Assembly: GCA_963734495.1 (NCBI GenBank)
Contig: CAVTHK010000001.1
Span: 288,001-352,000 of the forward strand
Direction of reading: 5' to 3'
DNA: 64,000 bases
DNA from: an uncultured Spirochaetota bacterium
GTDB lineage: Bacteria > Spirochaetota > Spirochaetia > SZUA-6 > CAVTHK01
Part shown: positions 30,401 to 39,032 of the stretch, piece after piece
Layout of the letters: every line of letters begins with the position of its first letter
Numbering within the stretch: position 1 is the stretch's first letter
The notes under the pieces: generated by a model
What the model was told of the DNA's origin: nothing
Database searches by the model: none
Seen by the model: only the letters and a program-made list of their open reading frames with translations
Made by a program: the position numbers and the translations under genes

Positions 30401-31482
30401 GCAATCACGCCGGTGACGCCCTGGTCATCGCCGGCGGTCGTGTCATCCGCGGCGCTGGCGCGGACGATCAGGTAGTAGCTCCCGGGAGAGGCCGGCCAGA
30501 AGCCGCTGAAGGCCGGCGAGGCCGAACCGCCTCCGGCCGCTATTGTGGCGCCCGCCACCGTTCCAGTAGCCACAACCGGGTCGGTCACCTGGTAGAGGGC
30601 GTCCGCCGAGGTGTAGACGAACCAGAAGATGGTCGCGCTTCCGACTGCCGCGCCGGAGTTGGTTACGGTGAAGCTCCCCGTCAGCCCGGCGCCTGCCGTG
30701 GTTCCGGAGAGGTGGGTCAGACCCGAGACCGCGTACTTGACGTCCGGCGGCGGCGGCCCCACCACCACCACGGGTCCCGTCCACCCCACGTTGTCCCCGT
30801 TGTCCACCTCTTCGCTCGAGCTGATCTGCACCAGCAGGTAATAGCTGCCGGGCGTCGTCGGCCAGCTGCCCCCAAACGGCATCGAGGCGCTGCTCGCTCC
30901 CGCAGCCAGCCACGACGCCGTCCCAGTCGCTACCACGTAGTCCCCGCCCAGCGACGTGTCCGCTGACGCGTACACCGTCCAGCTCACGTTCACAGTCCCG
31001 CTGTCCGCTCCCCCGTTGGCATACACGAACGTGCCCGTCACCGGCTGCCCCGCTGTCGTGCCGCTGCCGTGCCCCACGCTCGTCACACCGTAGTTCACGT
31101 TCGCCACAGCAGAGCTCTGGATGATCACCGCCGCCTCGCTGGTCGCTCCCAGCCCATCGGTGACACGCACCGTCTCGGTCCCCGTCGTCGTGGCGCTGGC
31201 AGTGTACGCCCCGGAGCTCGCTCCGATCGTGCTCCCTCCCACAGCAGTCACGATCGCGTACTGGTAGGAGCCCGCTCCGCCTTTCGCGGTAAAGGTCACG
31301 CTGCTGCCCTGCACCAGCGTGATCGCGGGCGGGCTGATCTGAAGGGCTCCGGCCCATGCCGCACCCTTCTCCCCTTCCATCAGCGTGCGGAATACAAAGT
31401 CGTTGCAGCCGACCAACCCGGCTACCGCTGCGGCGACCAGCGCGAACAGTGGCAGGACTGCTACCCTCGGGACTTTACGCAC
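27421..31482 (-). CDS. Large surface lipoprotein with 9 tandem ~120-aa Ig/CARDB-like repeats and a C-terminal ETEPND (PPC-like) domain
   Basis: Lipobox LVGC; repeat consensus V(N/D/K)Y..S...G.F...N.G...G...V.W.VY.S.D....D..V..G...G.WP..PG.YYL...S..DD....N. Confidence 0.8.
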   Translation of the reverse strand: MRKVPRVAVLPLFALVAAAVAGLVGCNDFVFRTLMEGEKGAAWAGALQISPPAITLVQGSSVTFTAKGGAGSYQYAIVTAVGGSTIGASSGAYTASATTTGTETVRVTDGLGATSEAAVIIQSSAVANVNYGVTSVGHGSGTTAGQPVTGTFVYANGGADSGTVNVSWTVYASADTSLGGDYVVATGTASWLAAGASSASMPFGGSWPTTPGSYYLLVQISSSEEVDNGDNVGWTGPVVVVGPPPPDVKYAVSGLTHLSGTTAGAGLTGSFTVTNSGAAVGSATIFWFVYTSADALYQVTDPVVATGTVAGATIAAGGGSASPAFSGFWPASPGSYYLIVRASAADDTTAGDDQGVTGVIAVTLPNVNYAVSNVTAVAGTAGGLVSGSFDLDNVGTADGTKTVAWTAYASTNPTWDTGDTVIKTGTQGFMAAAPGPVPISLAGGTWPTTPGNYFVVVRISAADDVASGNDEASSAVPVTVAGGPPPDVKYAPSGVTHSSGTVAGAAVTGSFTITNSGSVVGSAIIYWSVYASTNTSYQATDPLVATGSVSGSSIAAGGGTTSPGFSGLWPATADSYYLIVLISAADDTSPGDNEARTAAAVAVTSPPPPNVDYAPSNVSGLPGIAGGPVSASFELDNVGTADGTKTVTWTAYASTNPTWDTGDTVIKTGTRAAMLSAPGPVLINDFTGGAWPTTPGNYFIVVRISASDDVSSLNDEASTASSVAVTAGAPPQVDYIVTGVTHSSGATIGGPVSGTFTFQNSGTGNGAQNVYWSVYASTDTTWDAADQIVDTDVYAGGLSSGGSTTPAFNGFWPAIPTSYYLIARVSAADEVDPADNEGRSAAAIAVSLPDVNYEVSNVQRFGSLRASAAFTGQFDLKNVGSANGTPGVNVSWTVYRSSDSTLTIGVDPVVDAGSHGPMASADPTDTIPFSGTWPSAPGNYWLFVRIAASDDTVPGNDTASLGPIAVAAPKVDYAVSNVQSTGLTIAGASLKGDFRLDNLAGSDDGTGSVLWTVYVSADPILTVGVDPVVASGMHAGLAAGTFATVSFQDGFWPMDPGTYYLIATATSVETDSNTGNNTASSPGVVTTGGPDYTVSAATFPTDGSPGGAFSGVRTFTIKNLTANTGNSPIHWRAYVSPDKALDASDWFSGAQGTVAALAGSASFVVNDLNGFNGTWAAKGGGYYLIVQLDADDDANPGNDLYVSTLIPVHNYTFAETEPNDDDKPFQAGFAGNDTGVTLQLDQAILITGALDNGATTIRDTFRFVVNPAVGHLEIYLTWTTGTPGDDADLELHWNDRTNIPWLSSSFGVGIEPTIPPWIMPTYAPNNTHAVAVRSWAVGAVIGAPYKLMITARP

Positions 31483-31676
31483 GGTTCCGCACCTCCGCGC
31501 CGGTGTCCTGGAGCGCGCTCGGCAGTGTGCTCCGCCTGTGCCGCGCCCGGCGGGCCTTTCTTTCGGGCCAGTTTGAATCTATCGCACGGCCGCCGCGTTC
31601 TCAGGCGGAAAACTCCCCTGCCTCCGCGACCGCGCCTACCAAGAGTATCGGACGGATCGGCCGTAATCCTGCCTGC

Positions 31677-32249
31677 CTACGGCCGCATGCCGGCGAGCGC
31701 CGGGTGATTCAGAAGGGCAGCCATGACGGTCCAGGCCTCGCCGCTGTCCGGCTTGTCGAAAACGGGCCGGAACCCGAAATCCAGATAGACTTTCACGGCG
31801 ATCCAGCTCGTCGTCTGGGTCGTCAGGTACGCGCTCGTGTGCCAGCGGCGCATGCGCGTCATGGCGGCCGAAACGAGGGGCTTGGCCAGCCCGCGGCCCT
31901 GGTAGGGAGGCACGATGGCGACCCAGTGGAGCCTGCCGATCGCCCGGCCGCCGAGCTCTCCGTGCCAGGCCGTGCTGGTGCCGATCGGCGCACCGCCGGG
32001 CCCGCGCAGAAAAAGACAGCGTTCGCTCATTTCGTGCCGGTGGTTTCCAAACTCCTTCGCGAAATGAGCCAGAGCCTTGTCGTCGTCAGGGAACTCGCCC
32101 GCCTGGTGCTCGATCCGCGCCCACGCGGCCTCGTCGCCCGGTGCGTAGAAGCTGACCGCGAAGCCCGCCGGAAGCTCGAGGACGGGCACCCGATCGAGGT
32201 CGTCCAGCTCCATGGTCAGGTGAAAATACGGGACCTTCGAGTTGTCCAC
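31677..32249 (-). CDS. GNAT family N-acetyltransferase
   Basis: LHWVAIVPPYQGRGLAKPL (motif A) and AVKVYLDFGF; GTG start with GGAGG RBS. Confidence 0.88.
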   Translation of the reverse strand: MDNSKVPYFHLTMELDDLDRVPVLELPAGFAVSFYAPGDEAAWARIEHQAGEFPDDDKALAHFAKEFGNHRHEMSERCLFLRGPGGAPIGTSTAWHGELGGRAIGRLHWVAIVPPYQGRGLAKPLVSAAMTRMRRWHTSAYLTTQTTSWIAVKVYLDFGFRPVFDKPDSGEAWTVMAALLNHPALAGMRP

Positions 32250-32417
32250 AGCCGCCTCCCCGCTTCGATCGCCGCGGCCCATTCTGCGCGGGCGGGCGCG
32301 GGCTGTCGAGGCACCCGGCGGAGCCCACGGCCCGCGCGGTCCGACGCGGCGTCCGGCCTTCTTCTATTATTGGTTGTCCTGGGGCCCATGGCGCGCTAAT
32401 ATCGTGCGGTCACGCAG

Positions 32418-32675
32418 ATGCACGACTGCCCCGAACCTGATGCAAGCGGCGAGCTCTTTCTCGGACCGATCGTCGGCGGCGAGGATCGCTACCTCCTCAA
32501 GTCGAGCAAGCCCGCGGTCTTTCTCGAGAGCAGCGGCCACGAGTTCTGGCAGCTCGACCGCGACGCGCGGGTGATGGCCTGCTGGCGGCCGCGGTACGAC
32601 TGCGATTGCGAATACGGGCTGAGAACCGAGTACGAGCTGCGCGACTCCCGGCTGGCGAGGGGGTTGCAGGCATGA
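32418..32675 (+). CDS. Small hypothetical protein or gene remnant
   Basis: 85-aa ORF filling the gap, with ATGA overlap into the next gene; no recognisable motif or RBS. Confidence 0.3.
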   Translation: MHDCPEPDASGELFLGPIVGGEDRYLLKSSKPAVFLESSGHEFWQLDRDARVMACWRPRYDCDCEYGLRTEYELRDSRLARGLQA

Positions 32676-33832
32676 GATGGGATCTGCTGCTGCGCAACGC
32701 CGACGTTCTCGACCCAGGCCCGGGGCTGCGAGGCAGGCGCGACATCGCGGTGGCGGGAGGAGCGATCGCCGCCGTCGAGCCGTCGCTCGAGCCGCGGGAG
32801 CTCGAGCCGGTTCCCACCATGGATCTCGGGGGTCGGCTCGCGGTGCCCGGGCTCATCGACGTGCACGCGCACCTGTTCGCGGGCGTCTCGCACTACGGCG
32901 TCGAGCCGGACCGCTGCTGCCTGCCGAGGGGGGTCACGACGGCGATCGACGCGGGCTCCGCGGGCGCGCAGACTTTTCCTGCGTTCCGCGAAATCGCGAG
33001 CCGGAGCGCGACCAGGGTCAAGGCGCTCCTGAACCTGTCCTCGCAGGGCATGCTGATCGACGGCGCGGGAGAGCTCGAGGACATGCGGTACGTCGAGCCG
33101 GACCGGATCGTGCAGGTTTGCAGGGAGAATCCGGATCTGATCGTGGGTCTCAAGGTGAGGCTGACCCCCAAGTATGTCGGCGGCAACGCGGCCGCCGCCC
33201 TCGCCGCGGTGATCAGAGCGGCCGCGGAGACGGGCCTGCCCGTCATGGTGCATCCCAATGAGTCGGTGGTCCCGCTCGCGGAAATACTCGCCACCCTGCG
33301 GCCGGGCGACGTGCTCACCCACTGCTATCACGGCCGCGGCAACGGCATTCTCGACGCGCGGCGCATCCTGCTGCCCGCGGTCCGCGACGCGCGCGAGCGC
33401 GGCGTGCTCTTCGACGTCGGCCACGGCATGGGCAGCTTCAGCTTCGCCGTGGCCCGCGCCGCCCTGGAGCAGGGCTTCGCGCCGGACACGATCAGCACCG
33501 ACGTTCATACCTACAGCATTCGCTCGCCCGCGGTCGACCTGGCCACGACGATGACCAAGTTCCTGCACCTGGGCATGCCTCTGGAAGAGTGCGTCCGACG
33601 GGTCACGGCAGCGCCGGCGTCGGCATTCCGTCTCGGCCATGGGATCGGCAGCCTCGCGGCCGGCTGCCCGGCCGACATCACGGTGCTGGAGATCGCGCGG
33701 CGGCCCGCGGTCCTTCGGGATTGCGAGAACGTCGAAGAGCGGACCGAGGAGGTGATCGTCCCCATCCTCTGCCTCAGGGCCGGAGAGCTCGTCGCGCTCG
33801 ACGCCCCGGACGACAAGGCTTCGCTCCCGTGA
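32672..33832 (+). CDS. Amidohydrolase superfamily metallohydrolase (dihydroorotase-like deacetylase)
   Basis: PGLIDVHAH, GVTTAIDAGS, VGLKVR, THCYHG, FDVGHG and ISTDVH motifs. Confidence 0.9.
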   Translation: MRWDLLLRNADVLDPGPGLRGRRDIAVAGGAIAAVEPSLEPRELEPVPTMDLGGRLAVPGLIDVHAHLFAGVSHYGVEPDRCCLPRGVTTAIDAGSAGAQTFPAFREIASRSATRVKALLNLSSQGMLIDGAGELEDMRYVEPDRIVQVCRENPDLIVGLKVRLTPKYVGGNAAAALAAVIRAAAETGLPVMVHPNESVVPLAEILATLRPGDVLTHCYHGRGNGILDARRILLPAVRDARERGVLFDVGHGMGSFSFAVARAALEQGFAPDTISTDVHTYSIRSPAVDLATTMTKFLHLGMPLEECVRRVTAAPASAFRLGHGIGSLAAGCPADITVLEIARRPAVLRDCENVEERTEEVIVPILCLRAGELVALDAPDDKASLP

Positions 33833-34884
33833 ACGAAGCGCCGAGGCCGCAGGGGCGGATGGGCGAAGAACGGGACCTGCCCGGGCTGCCGCCCGACGCC
33901 GTCGGGTCCGCGGCCCGTCCGAGCACGGTCCTGATCGCGCTCGCGGGAATCGCGCTCATCGCCCTGATCGGCATCCTCGACTACCTCACAGGCTACGAGA
34001 TGGCCTTCTCGCTCTTCTACCTGCTCCCGATCGCGTTCGTCACGTGGTTCGCGCAAAGGGAGACAGGGCTCTCGGCCTCCGTGCTCGCCGCCGCAGTCTG
34101 GACCGTCGCCGACGCGGGCGCGGGCCACACCTATTCGAAGCCCTTCATCCTCTACTGGAACGCCGTTCTGCGCCTGGGATTCTTCGTGACGGTGGCGCTG
34201 CTCATCGCCGCTCTTCGGGAGTCGCTCGCGCACGAACGCCAGCTCTCGCGCCTGGATTTCCTCACGGGCGCAGCCAACGGCCGCTATTTCATCGAGCTCA
34301 TGCGGGCGGAAGTCGAGCGCGCGGGCAGGTACGGGCGCCCCTTCACGCTGGTGTACTTCGACGTGGACAATTTCAAGCAGGTGAACGACCGGTTCGGCCA
34401 CAATGCCGGCGACGCCGTTCTCCGCGCCGTGGCGGCCGCGGCCAGGGCCCGCCTGCGCGCTTCGGACACGGTCGCCCGCCTCGGCGGCGATGAGTTCGCC
34501 GTGCTCCTCCCCGAGACGGACGCGGATGCGGCGCGGGCAGCGGTGACCAACATGCATGCGACGCTCAGCGAGCGCGTGAGCGGCGAGGGATGGCCGGTGA
34601 CCTTCTCCATCGGCGCGCTGACCTGCACGGGCGCGGGCTTCGCGCCCGACGCGCTGCTCAAGGCCGCGGACGAGCTGATGTACCGGGTCAAGAAGGCCGG
34701 CAAAGACGACGTGAGGTTCGAGGCGATCGAAGGCCCCATCACGGCGCGCCGCGCCCACGCGGCTCCCGCTTCTCCGCCTGCGCCTCCCGCTGCTTCCCCG
34801 CCTCCCGCTGCTTCCCCGCCTCCTGCTGCTTCTGCGCCTCCCGCTACTTCCGCGCCTCCCGCACCGCGCGGCCGAAGGCCTTGA
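33829..34884 (+). CDS. Membrane-anchored diguanylate cyclase (GGDEF) with a Pro/Ala repeat tail
   Basis: TM N-terminus; DFLTG, DVDNFKQVNDRFGH, RASD I-site and RLGGDEF; start could be 33829 or 33859. Confidence 0.9.
   Translation: MNEAPRPQGRMGEERDLPGLPPDAVGSAARPSTVLIALAGIALIALIGILDYLTGYEMAFSLFYLLPIAFVTWFAQRETGLSASVLAAAVWTVADAGAGHTYSKPFILYWNAVLRLGFFVTVALLIAALRESLAHERQLSRLDFLTGAANGRYFIELMRAEVERAGRYGRPFTLVYFDVDNFKQVNDRFGHNAGDAVLRAVAAAARARLRASDTVARLGGDEFAVLLPETDADAARAAVTNMHATLSERVSGEGWPVTFSIGALTCTGAGFAPDALLKAADELMYRVKKAGKDDVRFEAIEGPITARRAHAAPASPPAPPAASPPPAASPPPAASAPPATSAPPAPRGRRP
34783..34862. repeat. 18-bp tandem repeat, about 4.4 copies
   Basis: CCTCCCGCTGCTTCCCCG x2, CCTCCTGCTGCTTCTGCG, CCTCCCGCTACTTCCGCG, CCTCCCGC. 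Confidence 0.85.
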
Positions 34885-36247
34885 GGTTCGCCACGCGCAT
34901 CTCGCCATACTCGCGCGAGGCCATCACGCCCTGGGCACCGGCTTCGATCGCGCGGGCCGTCGCCTCGTAGACTTTTTCGGGCGGCGACGGGAAGTGATGT
35001 CCCTCCCATGGCACGTCGAAGCCGATGCCGGGGTAGATGGCGCACCGGCCGCCGACGTCCGCGAGCAGCCGCTTCGTCTCGCGGTACACGTAATCCGCCG
35101 TGAACCCCTTGGTATCCATCTCATCGAGCTTCGGCTCGACCGCCGGGTCGTATCCGCGAACCGCGTAGAAGATGCCGAGCATCTGCTCCAGCGACAGCTC
35201 GTTTGCCAGCGTGCGGTTGAGGCGGCCCAGGTGCCAGTGCCGCACGCGCGGCCCCGTGATGTCGTGGTAGAGGATGGGCTTGATGAAGTCGTTGTACGAG
35301 GTCATCTCGCCGTAGTCCATGTTGGCGCGCCAGATCGGATCGTAGGTCGACTGCTGGTGATCGACGTGCGAGCCGAACTGCATCTTCGGCTTGAGCTGCT
35401 TGACCAGGCCGTACAGCAGGCGCACCACCTCTTCCTTGGCTTCGTACTGCAGGCGCTCCCAGGCGAGCACTTCGGGCCAGCGCATGATCGTGCGCAGGAA
35501 GCTCACGACGACGCCGTCTGCGGGACGGGGGGCGCCGGCCTCGAACGCCCGCGCCATGGTGTCGAGCTCGATCAGGCCCGCGCGGGCGCGCTCCGCGTCG
35601 ATGCCCTTGTCGCGGGCCCTGGCGAGGCAGTGAGGGCAGAAGCAGGTGGGCGCCCTGCCCCGCAGCAGCACGTTCGAAAGCGGTCCGACGCGCTCCGAGC
35701 CGAACTGCAGGCCGTCGAGGTCGTAGCTCTTGACGATGTCCTCGATGTTCGAAAGCCAGAAGGCGCGGTAGTCGGGGTTCGCCCAGCAGCAGAACTCGGC
35801 GATGCGGCCCCATGCGTCGACCGTGAGGACGCGGGGAAAGTTGTCGACAAAGGGCGCGATCTTCGGGCCCCAGGCCTCCAGCACGCGCGTGTACAGGCGG
35901 ATGCCGCGCCTGGTGCACGGCTCGCGGAGCTCGGCGAAGAGGTCGTGATCGGCGTAGTCGCGGCCCGTCTCGTCGGGCAGTTGCAGGAGGCTCCCGCGGT
36001 AGTACCGGGCATGCGGCTTGGCCCAGAGGCGCGCAAGCGGCCGCGTGCGCTCGTCGCGCTGCGCGATGCCGTGGTCCGGGGCGAGGGCGTCCGGGTGCCG
36101 GTCGCCGGTGTTGTAGTAGGTCTGGCTGTAGACCAGGATCGCGTTGATCGCTGCCGTCTCCTGCATCAGGTCGAGGGCGCGGTCGATGCCTTCGTCCATC
36201 AGGCTGTGAGGGCCCGCCTGGATGCCGACGAACAGGTCACTACTCAT
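34844..36247 (-). CDS. Hypothetical protein, glycoside-hydrolase-like TIM barrel
   Basis: CWANPDYRAF..IEDIVKSYDLDGLQFGSE, CFCPHC and YPGIGFD resemble GH-like barrels; family not assignable by eye. Confidence 0.6.
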   Translation of the reverse strand: MSSDLFVGIQAGPHSLMDEGIDRALDLMQETAAINAILVYSQTYYNTGDRHPDALAPDHGIAQRDERTRPLARLWAKPHARYYRGSLLQLPDETGRDYADHDLFAELREPCTRRGIRLYTRVLEAWGPKIAPFVDNFPRVLTVDAWGRIAEFCCWANPDYRAFWLSNIEDIVKSYDLDGLQFGSERVGPLSNVLLRGRAPTCFCPHCLARARDKGIDAERARAGLIELDTMARAFEAGAPRPADGVVVSFLRTIMRWPEVLAWERLQYEAKEEVVRLLYGLVKQLKPKMQFGSHVDHQQSTYDPIWRANMDYGEMTSYNDFIKPILYHDITGPRVRHWHLGRLNRTLANELSLEQMLGIFYAVRGYDPAVEPKLDEMDTKGFTADYVYRETKRLLADVGGRCAIYPGIGFDVPWEGHHFPSPPEKVYEATARAIEAGAQGVMASREYGEMRVANLKAFGRAVREARK

Positions 36248-36404
36248 GCTTCCTCCCGCGCGACCCCCACGGCGCCGCGTCTGCTCAGGCTAACCCGGGC
36301 GGCAGCAGTGCGTACAGGGAGCCAGCGACGCGTGTCGATCGGAGGCGCAGGGGCGCGGAGGTATCGCTGGAAGCACGCCCGCCGCCGGCTATAATGAAGG
36401 GCGC

Positions 36405-37142
36405 ATGAGTGATCGCGCGGACGACTGGCTGAGACAGGCTGAGAATGACCTGCTTTGGGCCGAAGACACGCTGCGCGCCGGACGATACGCGCAGGCATGC
36501 TTCGCGGCCCAGCAGGCCGCGGAGAAAGCCCTGAAGGCCGTCGCCCTTCGAAAGGGTGCCGATCAGGTTCGCAGCCATTCGATTCTCGAGATCGCACGGG
36601 CACTGCAGGTCGACGGCGAAGTGGAAAACGCGGCCAAGCGGCTCGATCTCTACTACATCAGCGCGCGTTACCCGGACGCGTTTCCCGCGGGAGCACCATT
36701 CGAGTTCTTCACCGAAGACCAGGCCCGCGAAGCGATCGGTCTGGCCCGCCTCATCGTGGAGGGTCGCGCGGCAGGAACGGGGGCGATCGAGGCGAGCCGC
36801 GATGTCCTCGTCGGCCCGCGACGGGATCCGCTGTTCGGTTTCTCGACCTCCCGGCTGCTCGAGTGGCTCAGGTCTGCTCTCGCCCGCCGCGTCCGCGAGG
36901 CCTATCTGTTCGGAAGCTTCGGTACCCGCGAGTTCGGCCCGCACAGCGACATCGATGTGATGCTCGTCGTTGACACCGACCTGCCCTTTGTGGAGAGGGC
37001 GGCGGTGTTCGATGACCTCCGCGCGCGGGTGCCTTCGCTAGAGATTCTGGTCTATACGCCGGAGGAGTTCGAGCGCTTAACGACCGAGCCTACCGCCGGC
37101 TTCTGGCGATCCGTCGTGCCCGCGATGCGACGGATCGCGTAA
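36405..37142 (+). CDS. HEPN plus minimal nucleotidyltransferase in a single ORF
   Basis: N-half WLRQAENDL/ACFAAQQAAEKALKA/YISARYPDA; C-half LFGS-X10-DID and ILVYTPEEF; TATAAT at 36390-36395. Confidence 0.82.
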   Translation: MSDRADDWLRQAENDLLWAEDTLRAGRYAQACFAAQQAAEKALKAVALRKGADQVRSHSILEIARALQVDGEVENAAKRLDLYYISARYPDAFPAGAPFEFFTEDQAREAIGLARLIVEGRAAGTGAIEASRDVLVGPRRDPLFGFSTSRLLEWLRSALARRVREAYLFGSFGTREFGPHSDIDVMLVVDTDLPFVERAAVFDDLRARVPSLEILVYTPEEFERLTTEPTAGFWRSVVPAMRRIA

Positions 37143-37202
37143 GGCTCGATTCGGCTGGCGGCGGGCGCGCGGGGGTGCGCGGCACCCCGGCCGCGGCGCC
37201 CG

Positions 37203-38123
37203 TCAGCGCCGCTGCGCAAGCGTCGTCGCGACGGACCCCGCGACCACGAGCATGGCGCCGATCAGGCTGAGCGCGTTCAGCCGCTCGAACGCCACGACGC
37301 CGGGCAGCGCGGACGAGGCGAGGCGGGCGGCGGCGACGGTGAGCAGAGGCGACAGGGCGATCACGGCGCCGATCCGCGACGCCTCGAGATGGTTCATCGC
37401 CGCGCCGAAGGTCAGATACGAAGCGAGCGTCATGAACGCGACCACGATCAGGAGCGCCAGCCCGTGGGCCGGGAGGGTGAGCACGAGCGAGGGCCTGGCC
37501 GCGGGAAGCAGGAGCCCGGCGCCCGCGAGGTACGTCACCAGCAGGATCGTTTCGGGCGCCATCACGGTGAGGAGCTGCTTCTGCGCGAGCATGTAGCCCG
37601 ACCACAGGACGGCGGAAGCAGTCACGAGCAGCACGCCGGACGAGTAGGCGCTCGCCTGCGCGGCGAGGTCGGCCCAGCGCAGGTTGAAGAAGAGCAGCAT
37701 GCCCGCAATGAGCGCCGCGAACCCGAGGGCCTGCAGACGGCCAAAGCGCTCCCGGTAGATCGCAACGCCGCCTATCAGCACGAACACGGGTGCGAGCTGG
37801 ACGATGATCTGCGCCGTGTCGGGCGACACGAAGCGCAATCCCGACTGGTAGAGGATGTAGTTCCCCGTCAGCCCGACGACGCACGCGAGCATGAGCAGCG
37901 GCCTCGCCCGAACGGCGCGCAGCGCCGACGCGCCGTGCCGCCGCAGCACCACCGGCGCGATCAGGATGCCGGCGGCCAGGAAGCGGCTCCAGGAGAGGGT
38001 GTACGCGTCCAGCCACCCCACCAGGACTTTGAGCGCGACCGGCATCGTTCCCCAGACGAGCGCGGTAAAGAGGGCCAGAGTCAGTCCGAGCGCGGTCCTG
38101 CCCGTCGTCCTGTGTAGATCCAC
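37203..38123 (-). CDS. DMT/EamA family transporter
   Basis: About 10 TM helices in two EamA repeats (ALVWGTMPVALK, IIVQLAPVF, YRERFG); GTG start 38123. Confidence 0.88.
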   Translation of the reverse strand: MDLHRTTGRTALGLTLALFTALVWGTMPVALKVLVGWLDAYTLSWSRFLAAGILIAPVVLRRHGASALRAVRARPLLMLACVVGLTGNYILYQSGLRFVSPDTAQIIVQLAPVFVLIGGVAIYRERFGRLQALGFAALIAGMLLFFNLRWADLAAQASAYSSGVLLVTASAVLWSGYMLAQKQLLTVMAPETILLVTYLAGAGLLLPAARPSLVLTLPAHGLALLIVVAFMTLASYLTFGAAMNHLEASRIGAVIALSPLLTVAAARLASSALPGVVAFERLNALSLIGAMLVVAGSVATTLAQRR

Positions 38124-38225
38124 GCGGTCTCCGTATATTCGAGCTGCGGCGCCGGCCGCTTGCCCGAGGGGCGCGGCGCGGGTGAGTATCGCTGCAAACG
38201 CGGCCGGGAGGCAAGGAGGACAGGC

Positions 38226-39032
38226 ATGACCATCGACATCAGGAACAAGGTGGCTGTCGTGACGGGGGCGGGACGCGGGATCGGGCTCGAGATCGCATCG
38301 ACCCTCGCGCGCGAAGGAGCCAGGACCGTGGCGGTCGACCTCGGCCGGGAGGACCTCGACGCGTTTTCCAGCAAGCTCGCGGCGGAGTCGCTCGAGGGCC
38401 GCGCGCTCAAGTGCGACGTGCGGGACGCTTCGCAGGTCCAGGCGGTGATGGACGAGGTGGTCCGAGCCTACGGCAGGATCGACATCCTCGTGAACAACGC
38501 GGGCGTGGCGATGCAGGCGGCGGTCGACGAGCTGTCCGAAGAGGTATGGGACCGCAATCTCGACGTGAACCTCAAGGGAACGTTCCTCATGAGCCGCGCG
38601 GCGATTCCCGTGATGAAGAAGCAGAAATCGGGGCGCATCATCAACGCCGCATCGTTCGCGGCGATCGTTCCCCGGTGCTTCACCGCCGCGTACGCCGCAT
38701 CGAAAGCGGGGGTCGTTTACCTCACCCGCGTGCTGGCCGGCGAGCTCGGGCCGTGGAACATCACGGTCAACTGCTACGCGCCGGGCATGATCCCGACTGC
38801 CATGAACCACTTTGACGAGCAGCCGCCGGAGACCCAGGCCCGGCTGCTGGACACGCTGACTCTGCGGCGCTGGGGCGCGAAGAGCGACGTGGCCAACCTC
38901 GTGTGCTTTCTCGCCTCGGACCTCGCGGGCTACATCACGGGCACCCTGATCGACGTCAGCGGGGGCAAGCTCGCGACTCAGGAGCCGCGGATCGCTTACG
39001 AGCGGGCGGAAGCGGAGAGGAGCCGGAGATGA
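38226..39032 (+). CDS. SDR family oxidoreductase
   Basis: TGAGRGIG, NNAG and YAASK motifs; AAGGAGG RBS. Confidence 0.92.
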   Translation: MTIDIRNKVAVVTGAGRGIGLEIASTLAREGARTVAVDLGREDLDAFSSKLAAESLEGRALKCDVRDASQVQAVMDEVVRAYGRIDILVNNAGVAMQAAVDELSEEVWDRNLDVNLKGTFLMSRAAIPVMKKQKSGRIINAASFAAIVPRCFTAAYAASKAGVVYLTRVLAGELGPWNITVNCYAPGMIPTAMNHFDEQPPETQARLLDTLTLRRWGAKSDVANLVCFLASDLAGYITGTLIDVSGGKLATQEPRIAYERAEAERSRR

